Assembly (NCBI RefSeq): GCF_009914755.1
Contig: NC_060933.1
Strand: one strand, 5' to 3'
Length of the DNA: 64,000 bases
Source: the human T2T-CHM13v2.0 reference genome, Homo sapiens
Below the pieces are notes generated by a model. The model searched no databases. It was not told the DNA's origin and saw only the letters and a list, made by a program, of their open reading frames with translations. Positions 16,191-31,726 of the stretch are shown piece after piece. Positions within the stretch are counted from its first letter, which is position 1, and each line of letters opens with the position of its first letter. The position numbers and the translations under genes are program-made.

Positions 16191-16589
16191 GAAGGAATAA
16201 GGAGGCCCACATTCCCAAGGTGACAATGAATAAACAGGATTACATTTAGTTAGGCTGGGGCGTCAGGGAAGGTGCCCCCAGAGCTCCAAATGCCCAAGGC
16301 ATCTCAATCTCCTAAATTTCTCTGAAATACACAATCTCTGCCGGATTCACCGGCGGTTCCTCTAAGATCCTTGCAGTTTGTTGCTGTTCTTCCATGCCTG
16401 TGCTCAGGGTCAGCCTGCTTCTACCTCCACTAGCAGAGCTCAGAGAAAACAGGCTTTTCACAATGAGCTGGTGCTTCACAGCAGTGTGTCTAAGTCGATG
16501 GGCAGAGAAAATAAGAATTTCATGTGCCGACGATAGAATCTGCCAGACTTTCTCTACTTCACAGTTCCCAGGTAATCATCACGACCAGG

Positions 16590-16720
16590 CCACCTTCCCA
16601 GAGAGACACCATTACCGGCATCTTACAGATAAAGGATGGGCCTCAGGCAGGTAAACAAATGCTCAGAGCCACAAGGAAATGATGAAGCTGGGCATTACAT
16701 CCAAGCCTCTTGGATTACAT
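16590..16720 (-). mobile_element. MIR fragment
   Basis: 'catcttacagataaagga...ctcagg...gtaaacaaatgctcagagccaca' resembles the MIR core. Confidence 0.5.
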
Positions 16721-18524
16721 GCCTGTGGGGTTCCCCCAGCCAAACTCACTGTGCTTCCTGCTAGAGGGGCCTCTCCACTCAGGGTGTGGCCTTTTGGGAC
16801 TGCAGCATCAGCATCCCCTGGCACTTCATGTTCCCAGTGAAGTGGGCACTAAACCTCACTAACAGGTAGGAATGTGCACACGCCGGGGGCAGGGCATCCC
16901 CTCTGCAGGACACAGTGCATTCAACAGGTCTACTTCATAGTGGCAAACACAGGAAGAAAAGCGAAAGGGAGAAAAATTTCAAAAGCACTCACCAAAAATG
17001 TAGTAGGAAACAGAGGACGATGAAATGCAACCAAATCCCAATGTTTCAACGCACACCAAAAATGTTCCCAGCAGGCACATCTGGGAGTGCCCGGGAACTC
17101 CCCCACCCGAGGCAGCTGTCCTCTGGCCCTGGTATGCAACACCCCCATTTCCTTGATGAGAAACAGGGCATCGGGGTGGGACACACACAGCTCTCCCAGG
17201 CGGGACATGGAATCCGTCCCCACGCTCTGGAACCAGCCCATGTGTTTGCAATTAGGAAACAGCCTGCCCTGGCAGGAGGGGGTGACGGGCAAGGCCTCTT
17301 GCCAGCTGTATTTTCTTCTCTGACAAAACAGGGCCCCCTTAACCTAGTGAACAGCGCTGCCCACAGGGCACCCCCGGCCCGCTGGCCCCAAGGAAATGAA
17401 AAGGAAGGGGGGCGATCTGGGCTTGCGTCCTGTTCCCAAGTCAGACAGGCCACAGGGCTGGGCTGTCAATGTTTCTTTGTGGCCTTAAGTAAGCCAATGA
17501 CAAATAACATGTGTCTTTCAGACATGGGGGCCAACAAGAAAAACACATCTGTTTCCACCGCTGGCAGCATGTCTGTAACACACAGAAGCCCTTAAAGCAA
17601 GGCGCCCCTCCCAGGATACGTAAGAAAGCCTTCGGTAATCAGGGAAGGCTGAGGACACGCAATAAAGTTAAAGCTTGCTCGAGCCACACCCCACTTGGGA
17701 GCAGATGCTCCCAGGTGCTAGGAGAGACTCTCCCTGGAAGTGCGGGGCATGTGATGGGCTATTCACCCACCTGGACACCTGGGGCGAAGGTGTCAAACTT
17801 GTGGGGCACCCGGTGGGCTCCACTCACCTGTAATTCACCTCTAATTCCCCTGTGGTGAGAACATAAAACAGAGTGCAATGTACTTGTGAAACCATCCTGA
17901 GATCTTGCACTTGGAAGACCTGGACAGCTGCCATTGCCCAGACGATGCAGAAAGACTTGGACAGGAACATCTGCCTGAGACCCAGGCAGGGGGAGAAGGT
18001 GGGTGTCAGGAAACATCCCAACGCCAGTATTCGGGATGCCGGGAGAGAACAGGGGGCACACATCCAATGTTGTATTTCAACAAGTCACAGGACTTTTGAG
18101 TCAGCTCTGAACTGGTTTGACCACAGAGAAAGGATGACTCTTATGCCTAGAAGGTGAGTGAACTATCACTTATTTTGCTGGAAAAAAAGTGGGGGAGGGT
18201 AGGATGGACTGTGGAGGACAAGCCTCAATTTAGCAAAGCCACAGAAGAATTCTCAGATTTTCTCCATTTCCACAAATTGCTGTCTTGGGCAAACACTGAT
18301 TCTGAGGCAAGAGAAAGAAAGAGAAGGTCCTTCCATCGGCGAATAAACCAATGAAAAGCTTTAATGCTGACTTACATCAGCTTTGATCCAGCAGGAGTGT
18401 GGGTCTCCTCCTTTCTGGCTCTTAGGAACTCTCACTGGGTGGCTTCGCCCCCCTGCCTGCTGGCGATTTGGACAAGGAATGTCGATGTCTTATGTTGTAC
18501 GTATCCTGTGGTTTTGTAGTTAAC

Positions 18525-18700
18525 AGCCCAGGCTCCCTGGGTTCAAAGCCCACCTTGGCCAGGGCTACCCAGGATACTCCCAAGAAGCGTGACTACCAGG
18601 CTTCAGTTTTCTCATCTACAGAATGGGGGAAATGAGCCCTTCCCATTCATAGGACTGAATGTATGGAGCATAGAACATGGTGCGGCATAGTGAACATTCT
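18525..18700 (+). mobile_element. MIR fragment
   Basis: 'cctgggttcaaagccca' and 'gcttcagttttctcatctacagaatgggg'. Confidence 0.6.
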
Positions 18701-18933
18701 ACCAGCAATCACGCCATTTCATTGTTATACCCAGGTATATCTCCACACATACTCCAGACCCCCTTTCTTATTTCATCGTGTTTTTAACCTTGACGTAAAC
18801 CTTACATTTTTATTTGTGTTCCTTAAAAAACAACAACAACAAAAAGAAATATACTGGTTAATTACATGATCCTGCCATTGTACCAGCATAACTATGCAGA
18901 AATCAGTGGTTAGTTACTGGGTTAAATAAATGT

Positions 18934-19339
<406 letters not shown>

Positions 19340-19771
19340 TTATTAAAATGCAAGTCAGCTTTTACAGAAAATTGGGAAAGTGCTAGAAAGAATAATGAAG
19401 GAACAAAAATCATCTGCCATATGTTTACCAGACAAGACCATTATTAAAGCATTGACGCATGGCCTTCTGACTTCCCTAACTATATACGCACTCTATAGTT
19501 CACTTTTTGTTACACGATTAGACTCATTTCATAAATTGAACTTCCTGCTACATTAACTTTTAATATAATATTAATAATATTTTGTTATATTACCCCCTAA
19601 CTATATGCTCCATAAGGAACCCAATTCTTCTATGTAGTCAAGTATCTCCTGTGAGCTTAGCTTAGTTGACTAAATCAACATTATATTATAAAAATTTTCC
19701 CATATCATTATAGATGAATATTACATTTTGAAGGTTTTGCTATATCATTTTTTTTTAATGTGACTTTTAAA

Positions 19772-19861
19772 AGGCGGAGGTTGCAGTGAGCAGAGATCAC
19801 ACCATTGCACTCCAGCCTGGGCAACAAGAGTAAAACCCCAACTCGTAAATAAATAAATAAA
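19772..19861 (+). mobile_element. 5'-truncated Alu (3' end of right arm) with (TAAA)n tail
   Basis: aggcggaggttgcagtgag...gggcaacaagag followed by taaa repeats. Confidence 0.9.
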
Positions 19862-20091
19862 CATTTCTCTATGTAGCTTATGAAATCTACTTAAGTATTT
19901 TCCTGCTTCTGAACACTAGGTTCATTTCTAATTGTCAACTGCACCAAATAAAGCTATGATACACTTCCATCTGTAAATCTTTATTTCTCTTCCCATCTAC
20001 TCAGGACGGATTCCTAGAAGTGAAAGTACTGGGTCCAAGGAGCAGGGGGTGGGTTCAGGATGCATGGCCCAAAACGTTCCCTCAAGAGACT

Positions 20092-20142
20092 GGTCCAATG
20101 TACAGATCAGTCCAATGTACAGATCGGTCCAATGTACAGATC
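20092..20142 (+). repeat. Tandem repeat, 3 x 17 bp (rgtccaatgtacagatc)
   Basis: Units at 20092, 20109 and 20126, differing only at the first base. Confidence 0.95.
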
Positions 20143-20864
20143 GATCAGCAGTGTCTAAGAATATAATTTTGTTCAATTTGATAACCAAAACGTGTTCCAT
20201 CGGTAGGCTTAATTTCTAGTTCTGGAATCAATGATTCTCAGGACTTTTAAAATTGTTATAACAACCATAGTAGTTTTCTTCTGAAGAAATGTATTTGTCT
20301 CCTTTGCCTGTTCTCCTATCAGTATCCATCATTTTGGGCAGTGCCATGTTGTTGTAGTTTTTGCAGCTTTTTTATGTATTTGAAAACACAGTAAAGATCT
20401 CCTTTCACCATTTATCAGACTCAAAATTTTCTTTGGCATTTGCCATTTCTTTATTCCTCCAAATGAGTCATAGGATCCTTTTGTCCAGCATCCCTGAAAA
20501 GTCCCACTGGGGTTATTTTAAATGTTTGCTACCTTCAGAAGAACTGACATCTTTAAAACATTCAGTCTTCCAGAGCATAAATAAATTATTGTACTTTTGA
20601 AAATTTCATTATTCTTACATACTTTCTTATTGTTTGGTGAAGTTTTTAGGTAACTTCAACAGCACCTGCATATTTTTGATGGTACAGTGGTGTGGCTTAT
20701 CTATTTTGCTTTTGCAATGGAATGTTTCCCCTGTACATCTTCTGATTATTGATGATACATAGGAAATCTTCTCCAATATATTGTATGTAAATTCATTAGT
20801 AAGTTCACAAATTAATTCTAAAAGTTTTTAGTCTATTTACTTGGGCTTTAATGTACATATTCTC

Positions 20865-21165
20865 GGCAGGGTGCGGTGGCTCACACCTGTAATCCCAGCA
20901 CTTTGTGATGCCGAAGTGGGCGGATTACTCGAGTTCAGGAGTTCGAGACCAGCCTGGCCAACATGGCAAAACCCGATCTCCACTAAAAATACAAAAATTA
21001 GCTTGGCGTGGTAGTGCACGCCTGTAATCCCAGGTACTCGGGAGGCTGAGGAGGGAGAATCACTTGAACCCGGGAGGAAGAGGCTGCCCTGAGCCAAGAT
21101 TGTACCACTGCACTCCAGCCTGAGTAACAGAGCAAGACCCTGTCTCAAATAAATAAATAAATAAA
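20865..21165 (+). mobile_element. Alu (AluJb/Sz-like) with (TAAA)n tail
   Basis: Full Alu; TSD acatattctc. Confidence 0.93.
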
Positions 21166-21579
21166 GCACATATTCTCTTAAAAATAGTAATTGCATCTTC
21201 TACAATCCATTAGCTCGCCCCTTGTTTCTGTTTCCTGTCTTAATACACTGACAAGACTTGCTGAGCAACCTCATACAAGGCTTTTTGAATTAGCCTTGAT
21301 ATTAAAGAGACTACTTAGATTATTACATCATTAATGTTTGCTTTGAGTTTGGTATAGACATTAATTAACATTATAAAAAGCTAAGTGGGAGATTAATTTC
21401 TTAAAAGCCTTCCAAGTGTCTCATCATCTCCCTATTTTAAATGGCTAAATGATTAGAAACATCAGAGGATAAACACTAGCTGGGCACTAGGGAGAATTCC
21501 ATTTTCAAATGACCTCAAGGTATAACTTAAATATATGTTAACTAGACATCATGGCACTGTCCCACCTCCAAGCCAATTA

Positions 21580-22137
<558 letters not shown>

Positions 22138-22614
22138 TCATATTCTGGAACTGGACCAGCTGACGCCTTCCTACGGATATAACCAAGATCCATACGAATC
22201 TTCATTCATATGAATGTTCATTAATGGAAACATTAAAAATGATAGTTAGGTACTATAAATAATGATCCACACCCACAATAAATATTTTTAACGTAATACA
22301 AATAAATGAACCATCATTAATCAATCAACAGATGTGCAGCCCAGCCCTTTCTTTGAGTAAAAAATCTACTCATTGCCGTTCACATTAATTTCTTCACAAA
22401 TCACATATTTCATCTGTTTCCTGGTTTGGTTTTCTTAAAGTGTCTAAATGCACCTATGCATCTGAATACAAAACCCTAATCAATTTTCATTATGACTCAT
22501 ATCTAATTCAACAAAAATTATCTTTAAAAGTTTTCCTCATCCTGTATTTTCAAATCAGTCAACTTGAGTTTTTCCTTTCTTTACACCCATTGAATTTATA
22601 GATTATGTCATTTA

Positions 22615-22935
<321 letters not shown>

Positions 22936-23249
22936 GCTATGTCTGTACAATAACAAACACAACTCCCATAAGCAGGTTTCAGAGCACACAGCACTAACAA
23001 CACAAAACCCAACTGCAGAAGCAGGAAAGTAGACTGGAGCCCACCAGCCTCCCCAAACTGGGTATAGTGGGCAATGGTCTTGTTTATTTGCAGAGGAAAT
23101 GGAGCTTCGAGTTTATTTTGCAGCCATTAAAAAGAGTAAGAAAGAATTATGCATCCATCGTTGATGGAAGTTTATGTTATTATATTGAGGGAACAAATTT
23201 TGAAAAAAAAGTTAGTATGAATACATTTTACCAAAACTAAATAACTGTG

Positions 23250-23252
<3 letters not shown>

Positions 23253-23298
<46 letters not shown>
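23253..23298 (+). repeat. (GT)23 microsatellite within an old L1 3' fragment
   Basis: Perfect dinucleotide run. Confidence 0.97.
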
Positions 23299-23302
<4 letters not shown>

Positions 23303-23412
23303 AAACTCAAGTTTGAAAAGGTAGACATCAAACTGTTACCAGGAGCTACATTTGGCCTTTGAGACCTGGGAAGGGATTGACAGTACACACTTTCTATGAT
23401 TTCAATTTCTTA

Positions 23413-23882
<470 letters not shown>

Positions 23883-23936
23883 TTAGAGGCACCTGGGGGG
23901 ACAACATCCATTCCCCTGCAAAAAAGCAAGTGAACA

Positions 23937-24385
<449 letters not shown>

Positions 24386-24808
24386 CTAAGAAAGAAGTCC
24401 AAGTCAGAGAGCCCCAGACCAACGGGTGCCTCCTTCAGGCTGGGCCACACATGTTCTGTCCTGTTTGGACTTGCAAGCTGACCACTGGTGGGCTTGACCA
24501 TAAAGTCACCACAAGGCTGACCCTGTAGAGCAGGACGAGGAATGGAGATCCCCTAATGAATCTCTCATAGAGCCCAAGGCACTCACAGCCAATCAACTCC
24601 AGCCATGTTCACTGCCATTCCAGGTGTGAGGGAAAAATAATTCTTAATTCTTCTTTGGATTAACATTGGTACAATTCACTACTTTAAAATTTAAACACAG
24701 TGACTAGCGACAGAAGAAATATCACAGATTATGTTATGTTTTCAAACATCCATGAGATGTTAAATGAGAAGTTTGGAGGAGTCTTTCTCAACTTCTGGGG
24801 TCACAATG

Positions 24809-24810
<2 letters not shown>

Positions 24811-24839
<29 letters not shown>
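24811..24839 (+). repeat. A29 homopolymer
   Basis: Uninterrupted A run with no adjacent Alu or L1 body. Confidence 0.95.
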
Positions 24840-24842
<3 letters not shown>

Positions 24843-24899
24843 TGTGTCCCCTACCCATGACGGCCAGGGTCCACGGTCCAGCCATCAGTCAAACGCAAC

Positions 24900-25245
24900 T
24901 CTAGGTGCTGCTCTCCAGGTATGCTGTCACATGACTGAGGTCGGCTGTCATGTGACTGACTTTAAGTAAGGGAGATAATCTTTGATGACCCAGGTGGGCC
25001 TGGCTCAGTGAGTAGAAGGCCTCAAAAGCAAAGCAGCGGCTTTTCTGAGAAAGAGGAAACTCCCACCAGGGACAGTAGCCTCAGCGGTGCCCACAGTTCC
25101 AGCCACCCTTCCCTGTGGTCGGCCCCATGGATTTCAAATGCGCCTGGTCAGACCCAACAACCAAGTAAGTCGATTCCCTGTGACAAATCTTTTCATATAT
25201 ATCTCCTACGAGTTTTGTTTCTCTAGTTGGACCCTGACAGGTACA
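24900..25245 (+). mobile_element. ERVL solo LTR (MLT2D/E-like)
   Basis: 'tgactttaagtaagggagataatc...ggtgggcct', 'atggatttca', 'tctcctacgagttttgtttctct...accctgac'. Confidence 0.7.
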
Positions 25246-27533
25246 CTCCTCAAATCACCCCAAAACAATGGAGAGAAACAGCAACTAGAAATACAACGTC
25301 CATCTTGGCAGAAATCGGGGCCTCCTATAGCCCCAAACCTCAGTGGAGGGGAAAGGAGGAAGAGAGATGCCAAGAGAAGACGCTGCAGTGCCAGACCTGA
25401 GCCCTGCCCAGGTCAGCACAGCCCTCCTGGGTAGGAGCCCACCAGCAAGTCAGGATGTGGTACACAAAAGCAGGTGAGGGGCTCAGAGTGGGCTCCCCTA
25501 AGCCCTGCAACACCCCCCAAGAGGGACAGGGAAGGTGGGCTGAGAGACAAAACACCCAGGTGTTCTCTGCCGAGTGGGCAAGAGGCATGGCATCAGGGTG
25601 GCTGCAGATGCGTCACCACGACACCAACCCACAGACATAAATGCTTGGGAGGGAGGGAGGACCCCCAAGGCTGCTCAGCTGCTTGTCCATCCAGCCTGCC
25701 GGATGCTCCCGACGCATCCACGCTGGGCTCCAGCGTCCTGGTCTGCACTTCTGCAACAGGTCCTCATCCTGCCACCCCCAGCTGGGTGTCCAAATGGCAT
25801 GCCGAGTGCACTGTGCCTGTATCGTGACTCCCAGCTTTGCCCCAACCGCTACTGTCCCTTTCCCAGCAAATGGCGGCCATGTCCTTTCAGGCGCTCAAGT
25901 CAAATCTCTTGAGGTCACCCTCAACTGATTCCAAGACAAAGACAACTCCCAGTCCCACCACCAGCACCGCCACACGCCAGAGCCGTGCCCCCCAGGCCCC
26001 TGGAGTAGCTGAGCACTCCTTTCCATGCACATCCCTCAATGACCCCCTATCGAAGAGAAGCAGCCCATGGCCAGCGCACCCTGCAGACCTGCATGCCCGC
26101 CTCGAGCTGCCTGCACTCCTGCCAGCCTCCAACTGATCAGCTCTGCTCAGCCCCCGAGAGCTCCCTGGGGCCTCAACACGCAGAAGGAGCTGTCCTGGAC
26201 ATCTGCTGGAGCATCCCCTCTGCCCCACGCAGCCAAGAGCAGACCCGAGTCCTGCTGCAAGACTCAGCTTGAAGGGATATGGAGGGAGGGACGTCCCCTC
26301 ACTGTGTCTGAAAACAGCTTTCCCCAGCCCAGTGTTCAGGGAAATCTGAGGCATATTCGAGCCATGGGATTTCTCTTTGTGTTCTCTCCCCCAGCCTCAA
26401 GCACCCACAGGCTGAGGTCAGGGATGGTTCCAGGGAGGACACTGCGTGGAGAGTGGGTAGGCCGTCCCCCTGGGCCTGCAGACTGTAAAGCTCATTCCGG
26501 CTTTTGTTCCAGCTGACAAATGGAAAGTAAAAACAGGTCTCGGGTTCCAAAGTACATGATCTCCATGGCAAAGGTCAGTAAATCTATCTTGTTACCCAGA
26601 GAAAAAGGCACAACCTGGCTCAGGAAACAAGACCAGAAACTGTGGGCTACGGGAGCCCACTCAGGTCCTGGCTTTCCTGAGCATCGCTGGGTGGACTTGC
26701 CCAGAGCCCCAGCTGTGTTTCATCTCCTCCCTTCCCTGTGCCACAGATGCCCAGGACCACGTCCCCGCGTGCAAACCCACCATCCACAAGTCATTTGGCA
26801 GCTGCTAACTCAACACCAGCCCTGCTGGAGGACAACCATGTTTGTGGTTTATTTTTTAATGCAGACACAGAGCAAACATCAATCCTGAACTCAGCCTGGC
26901 ATGAATTTTCCTTTATTTAACTCTAGCCATGGCAGAAGACATACTCTCTACACCTTATGCATGGAATAGCTGGGACAAAATACCCCACCAGTCCCGTCGT
27001 CAGCAGGGCTGCTCTGTGACAGCCATGAGAAGCAAAGGTCAGCGAGATTCATGCAGACACACAGCACTGAGAAAGGGACCCATCTATCAAAACACTTAAG
27101 ATTCCAACATGAAAAACCTAAGTGGAGTCAAATTGTCAGGACCTTCTCCAAAGGTATGGATCCCAAATGAGAGCTCTTGCGATTTTAAAGCCGAGCAAAA
27201 CTGTTGTCCTGAAACCAAGGAAGGTGTGGCCCATCTGCACACACACAGGTTTTACCTAAAAGTTCCAGTGAGCTTTTGACTCCTGCAGAGCTCAAGATAA
27301 ACACAGCTCCAATAAAACCCGATAGCATGGGCTCTGTTCAAGTGAGACCACTTTACAACTTGACCAAGCACTCTGCCAGGAAATGATTGCTTTTCCAGTC
27401 CAGCACAGGAATGCACCCTGCCTTATGTCTCTGGGCACAAACGTCACTGTGGGTGGGTGGGCCAGGGATGAGGAGCCTGAGGCCAGGCATGTCTTACAAC
27501 ACATGGTGATGGAGCTGAAGATGCCTAAAGAGA

Positions 27534-27572
27534 CCCCTGCAGACACAGCCCCTGCAGACACAGCCCCTGCAG
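27534..27572 (+). repeat. Tandem repeat, about 2.6 x 15 bp (cccctgcagacacag)
   Basis: Direct inspection. Confidence 0.9.
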
Positions 27573-28692
27573 TCTTCATGTGCTGCCCCCTTGTTGGAAG
27601 CCTCTCTCCACAACCTGCTGCCCCCTCACCTCCAAGGGTCCTGCACCAATCCAGCCAGTTCACAGCAGTGCCATTTGCTAATGGAAGCAAAGATGTGCCT
27701 CATGAAACAAACATGCTAGGCCACCCCAAAATAGCCTTGGCTCCTCTGTCTTAAAACACTTCCATTTCCGTGGCTTCTTTAAGGAGACATGTACAATTTC
27801 ACCATGACAGTTGCACTGATTTATGGGCTCCATTGCTCTCTTCTCTGCACACACACTGCCCCCAGCCCTCATTCCATATACTGGAAAAGCAGAAGGAGCA
27901 AAAACAGCCTGTCAGAGCCACTGGGGGCTGCCCTGACATGCTCAGAGTTAAATGTAGATTGGAACTCTCTCCACAGCCCTGCTGCCCCATCCCTGATCCC
28001 CATCTCCTATGAGTGAAAATGTTCCCAGTAAGGCTACCGACTCATCGCAGTAAACTCAGGAGCCTGCAGCAACAGCAGTGAGCATCTTTCCATAAGACCT
28101 GTAAAATCATTAAAATGAACTAAATCTCTCCAGGAAGACCAGCAGGGGTGGGAGGGAAAAGCTACCACTACTTGCAGCTGCAGGAGGCGGAAGGGTGCAC
28201 CTGTGGAGCTCAGGGGCTGACTGGTGGAGGCCAAGCCACCTGCCAGCCTGGGAAGGTCTCCCACAAAACCTTTCTCAAGAAGACACCACAAAAACACTCT
28301 CACGAGATGTCTCCTCCACATGTCCGCCTTTCACTTCTATAGTAATTGCTTAATTTCTGGGCGCTAGGACAACGCTTTTGTGATCGTCACTTCCCTACCT
28401 TTCTGTATAGCTTGAAAACAGCTTTCCCCAGCCGTGTTTGGTAAAATCCAAGGCACATGCAAGCAATGAGGTTTTACTTCCTGCATTCCCCCGCTAAACA
28501 ACAGAGTTTGGTTTCACCTATTTTAAAAACACACAAAACTTTGCACATGGAATCCCACCATGCTTCTCTGTGGCCTCCTTCTTTCCTTTGTCATCTGGTG
28601 GTGGGATTCACCCACAGTGTAGCTTGTGGGTGAAGTTCATTTGTTTTTATTGTCGTATGGCACTTTGTCCTGGGAAGAGGTACCAATTATTA

Positions 28693-29310
<618 letters not shown>

Positions 29311-29586
29311 TCACACAAGCCCTGTCCATTCAGTCTGTCTGCTATATTCCACTTACTAGCTGCAGATTTTTGTTTGCAGCTTTGGTCAATGGTATATACC
29401 ATGTTTTTCTAGAGGAAAGAAATTACAGTAATTTAAGATTATTAGATTGGAAAATCATCACAAGAAAATAAAATAATTTTTCTTTAAAAAAACTGTATTC
29501 AAGGAAAACAACTTTAAAAGTTCACTCGAGATGTGTACATGGTAATAAATGGTTCCTTAGGAATTTCTGTTCTGCATTGCTTACTG

Positions 29587-29815
29587 TTTTTTTGTTGTTG
29601 TTGTTGTTGTTTTTTGAGATGGAGTCTCACTCTGTCGCCCAAGCGAGTGCAGTGGCGCGATCTCAGCCACCACGCCCAGCTAGTTTTTTGTATTTTTAGT
29701 ACAGACGGGGTTTCACCATGTTAGCCAGGATGGTCTTGATCTCCTGACCTCATGATCGGCCCGCCTCAGCCTCCCAAAGTGCTGGGATTACAGGCGTGAG
29801 CCACTGTGCCCAGCC
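29587..29815 (-). mobile_element. AluY-like with an internal deletion of about 75-80 bp and a (CAA)n tail
   Basis: Antisense Alu; gatctcagc joined directly to caccacgccc; TSD tgcttactg at 29578-29586 and 29816-29824. Confidence 0.92.
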
Positions 29816-30581
29816 TGCTTACTGGTCTTAAAACAAACAGCCATGTCATGAGATCACATCACATCCACTATAAAAAACCAAAACTTGTAACAATAAAAAA
29901 ATCACCAAATATGACTGGCTGAAACTTAGCTGTTTAAGAAGGGAGGCGGGGAGAAGCCTTGCCATATTAAAACAATCCCCCTGCTCTTTGCACTTTATGA
30001 ACACTACCCAAAGGTAAGCGATCTTAAGGGGCTTGGGGAAGAAGGCCAATCAATTAAAGGATCAGCAGTTATTCTCAAAGCCATCTCATAAATTTTTCAT
30101 GTCCCAGTTGTCTCATTTTCAAGATGTTCAACGTGTTTTAAAAGGAGAAGACAAATTCCACTTGTGCATAAGAAAATTTCTTAATGTCCAGTGTTCTTAG
30201 ATTGATCTACACACATTTGGCAAGTAGAAAAAAATATATAGTTTTAATCACTGTTGTAGGTTTCTTAATTTTAAGCTATAAGGTAGAAGTAAAAGAATAA
30301 GGAATGTAGGCTACAGCGCCACGTGTTCACACATTCTAAGTGGAACACATAAAAGAAAAAAAATCACCGAACCATACTTTTCTTTTCATTGTCGAACTGC
30401 CACTTTAAATATGTATTTTAGGAAAAACAGAAATTACCCATACTCCCCCTACCCTCACAAAACTAGTTTCATTTTTGCATGTTGACGTCTAGCTTTTACT
30501 GCCTTGTCTGGGAGTTTATTTAGGGATTTACAGTTTATTAGGCAGTTAAAATCTTTACCGTGTTCCTTAACCTGGGCATAC

Positions 30582-30625
30582 CTTATGTGTGTAATTCTCC
30601 CTCTGGATCCTGAAAGATGTGTTCA
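30582..30625 (-). other. Candidate 44-nt exon (minus strand)
   Basis: Acceptor atttttccttcttaaagttgcag|TG and donor AAG|gtatgc. Confidence 0.3.
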
Positions 30626-31690
30626 CTGCAACTTTAAGAAGGAAAAATCGCCCCTTTGAAATGCTCAACTTAGCCTATTAGCTTATAAAAGCAAATTAAA
30701 CCAGGCACCACCAGGCCATTTCTGAACCAAGTGAGCCACTCAGACTATGGATTAACCTGAAGGCCCCGAGAGCTGGGACCAGGGCCAAGTGCGCACACAG
30801 TGTTGAGTGAAGGGCTGAGACGCCCTTCTGCATCTCCTGCAGCCCCTCCCCTCCTGGCACCTGAAACATTCCTGACTCACCAGTCATGCCACGCCTGGTC
30901 ACAGCCGCTATCTTTTCTCTCCTTGGCATAAGCTATCTTTTGTATAGACAAGACACGAAAACACCCTGAGATCGGACTGCGGGGTTTCATTCCGAGTTAA
31001 GATCTCATCTTCAGAACCCTCTGCTTCTGATGTTACCACTGGGGAATGGGTCCCTCACCAGGCTCGCAGGCAGCCACCCCAGCATGGCTGTCTCGGCCCC
31101 TTGGGAATAGAGACCCCCAGCACCACGGCCGGCGCAGGAGACCCCGCTGCAGTCGGAAATAGGATCTCTCCCGTTAGACCCTTTTTAAAAGAGTAAAGGC
31201 ATTGTGTGTCCAAGCATTAACCATGACAGATGTTATGAGTTATCGTGAAACCCAGCATTCATAAAAGCAGTGCTCCATTCTGGAGTTTTAAATAAACGGG
31301 CACAAAGAACAAGAAAATCGTCTTTCGGCACACAGTAGAAGTCTGCTTCAGCAGAAACTAGAGAGAAGTTCCCGGTGGACTCTAAGGGAGAATTAGATAA
31401 ATTTCAGTTTGGGAGAGAGGGAAATCTAACAACGGAATCCTGGGCAACGAGTCAAAAATGGCATTAAAATAAAGACACAAAAAGCACACACTACACAACA
31501 TGCAAGGCCCTCCGCACTGGCTACGCGCAGGCACATAGCAACACAAGCGTGGGATGACAGCAGCTTAGGAAAGAATTCACCAATTAACAAGATGAAGGGG
31601 TTCTGGGGGGCAGCAGGAGGCTGGGTGTATTTTGTGTTTACCAAAACACCTCCTCCAATATCCTGGCCTGATTCCTGGTGCTGTCAGATC

Positions 31691-31691
<1 letters not shown>

Positions 31692-31726
<35 letters not shown>

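Larger units (their letters stand above)
19350..21380 (-). mobile_element. Ancient L1 (L1ME-like) fragments, split by Alus
   Basis: Antisense L1 motifs 'gattcctagaagtgaaagtactgggtc' and 'gaactgacatctttaaaacattcagtcttcc'. Confidence 0.55.

Noticed and set aside
16915-17595. 226-aa plus-strand ORF
   Set aside because: Non-ATG start, no recognisable domain, overlapping ORFs in other frames; expected by chance in GC-rich DNA
30470-30640. Possible snoRNA-like sequence
   Set aside because: No properly placed C/D or H/ACA boxes that I can support
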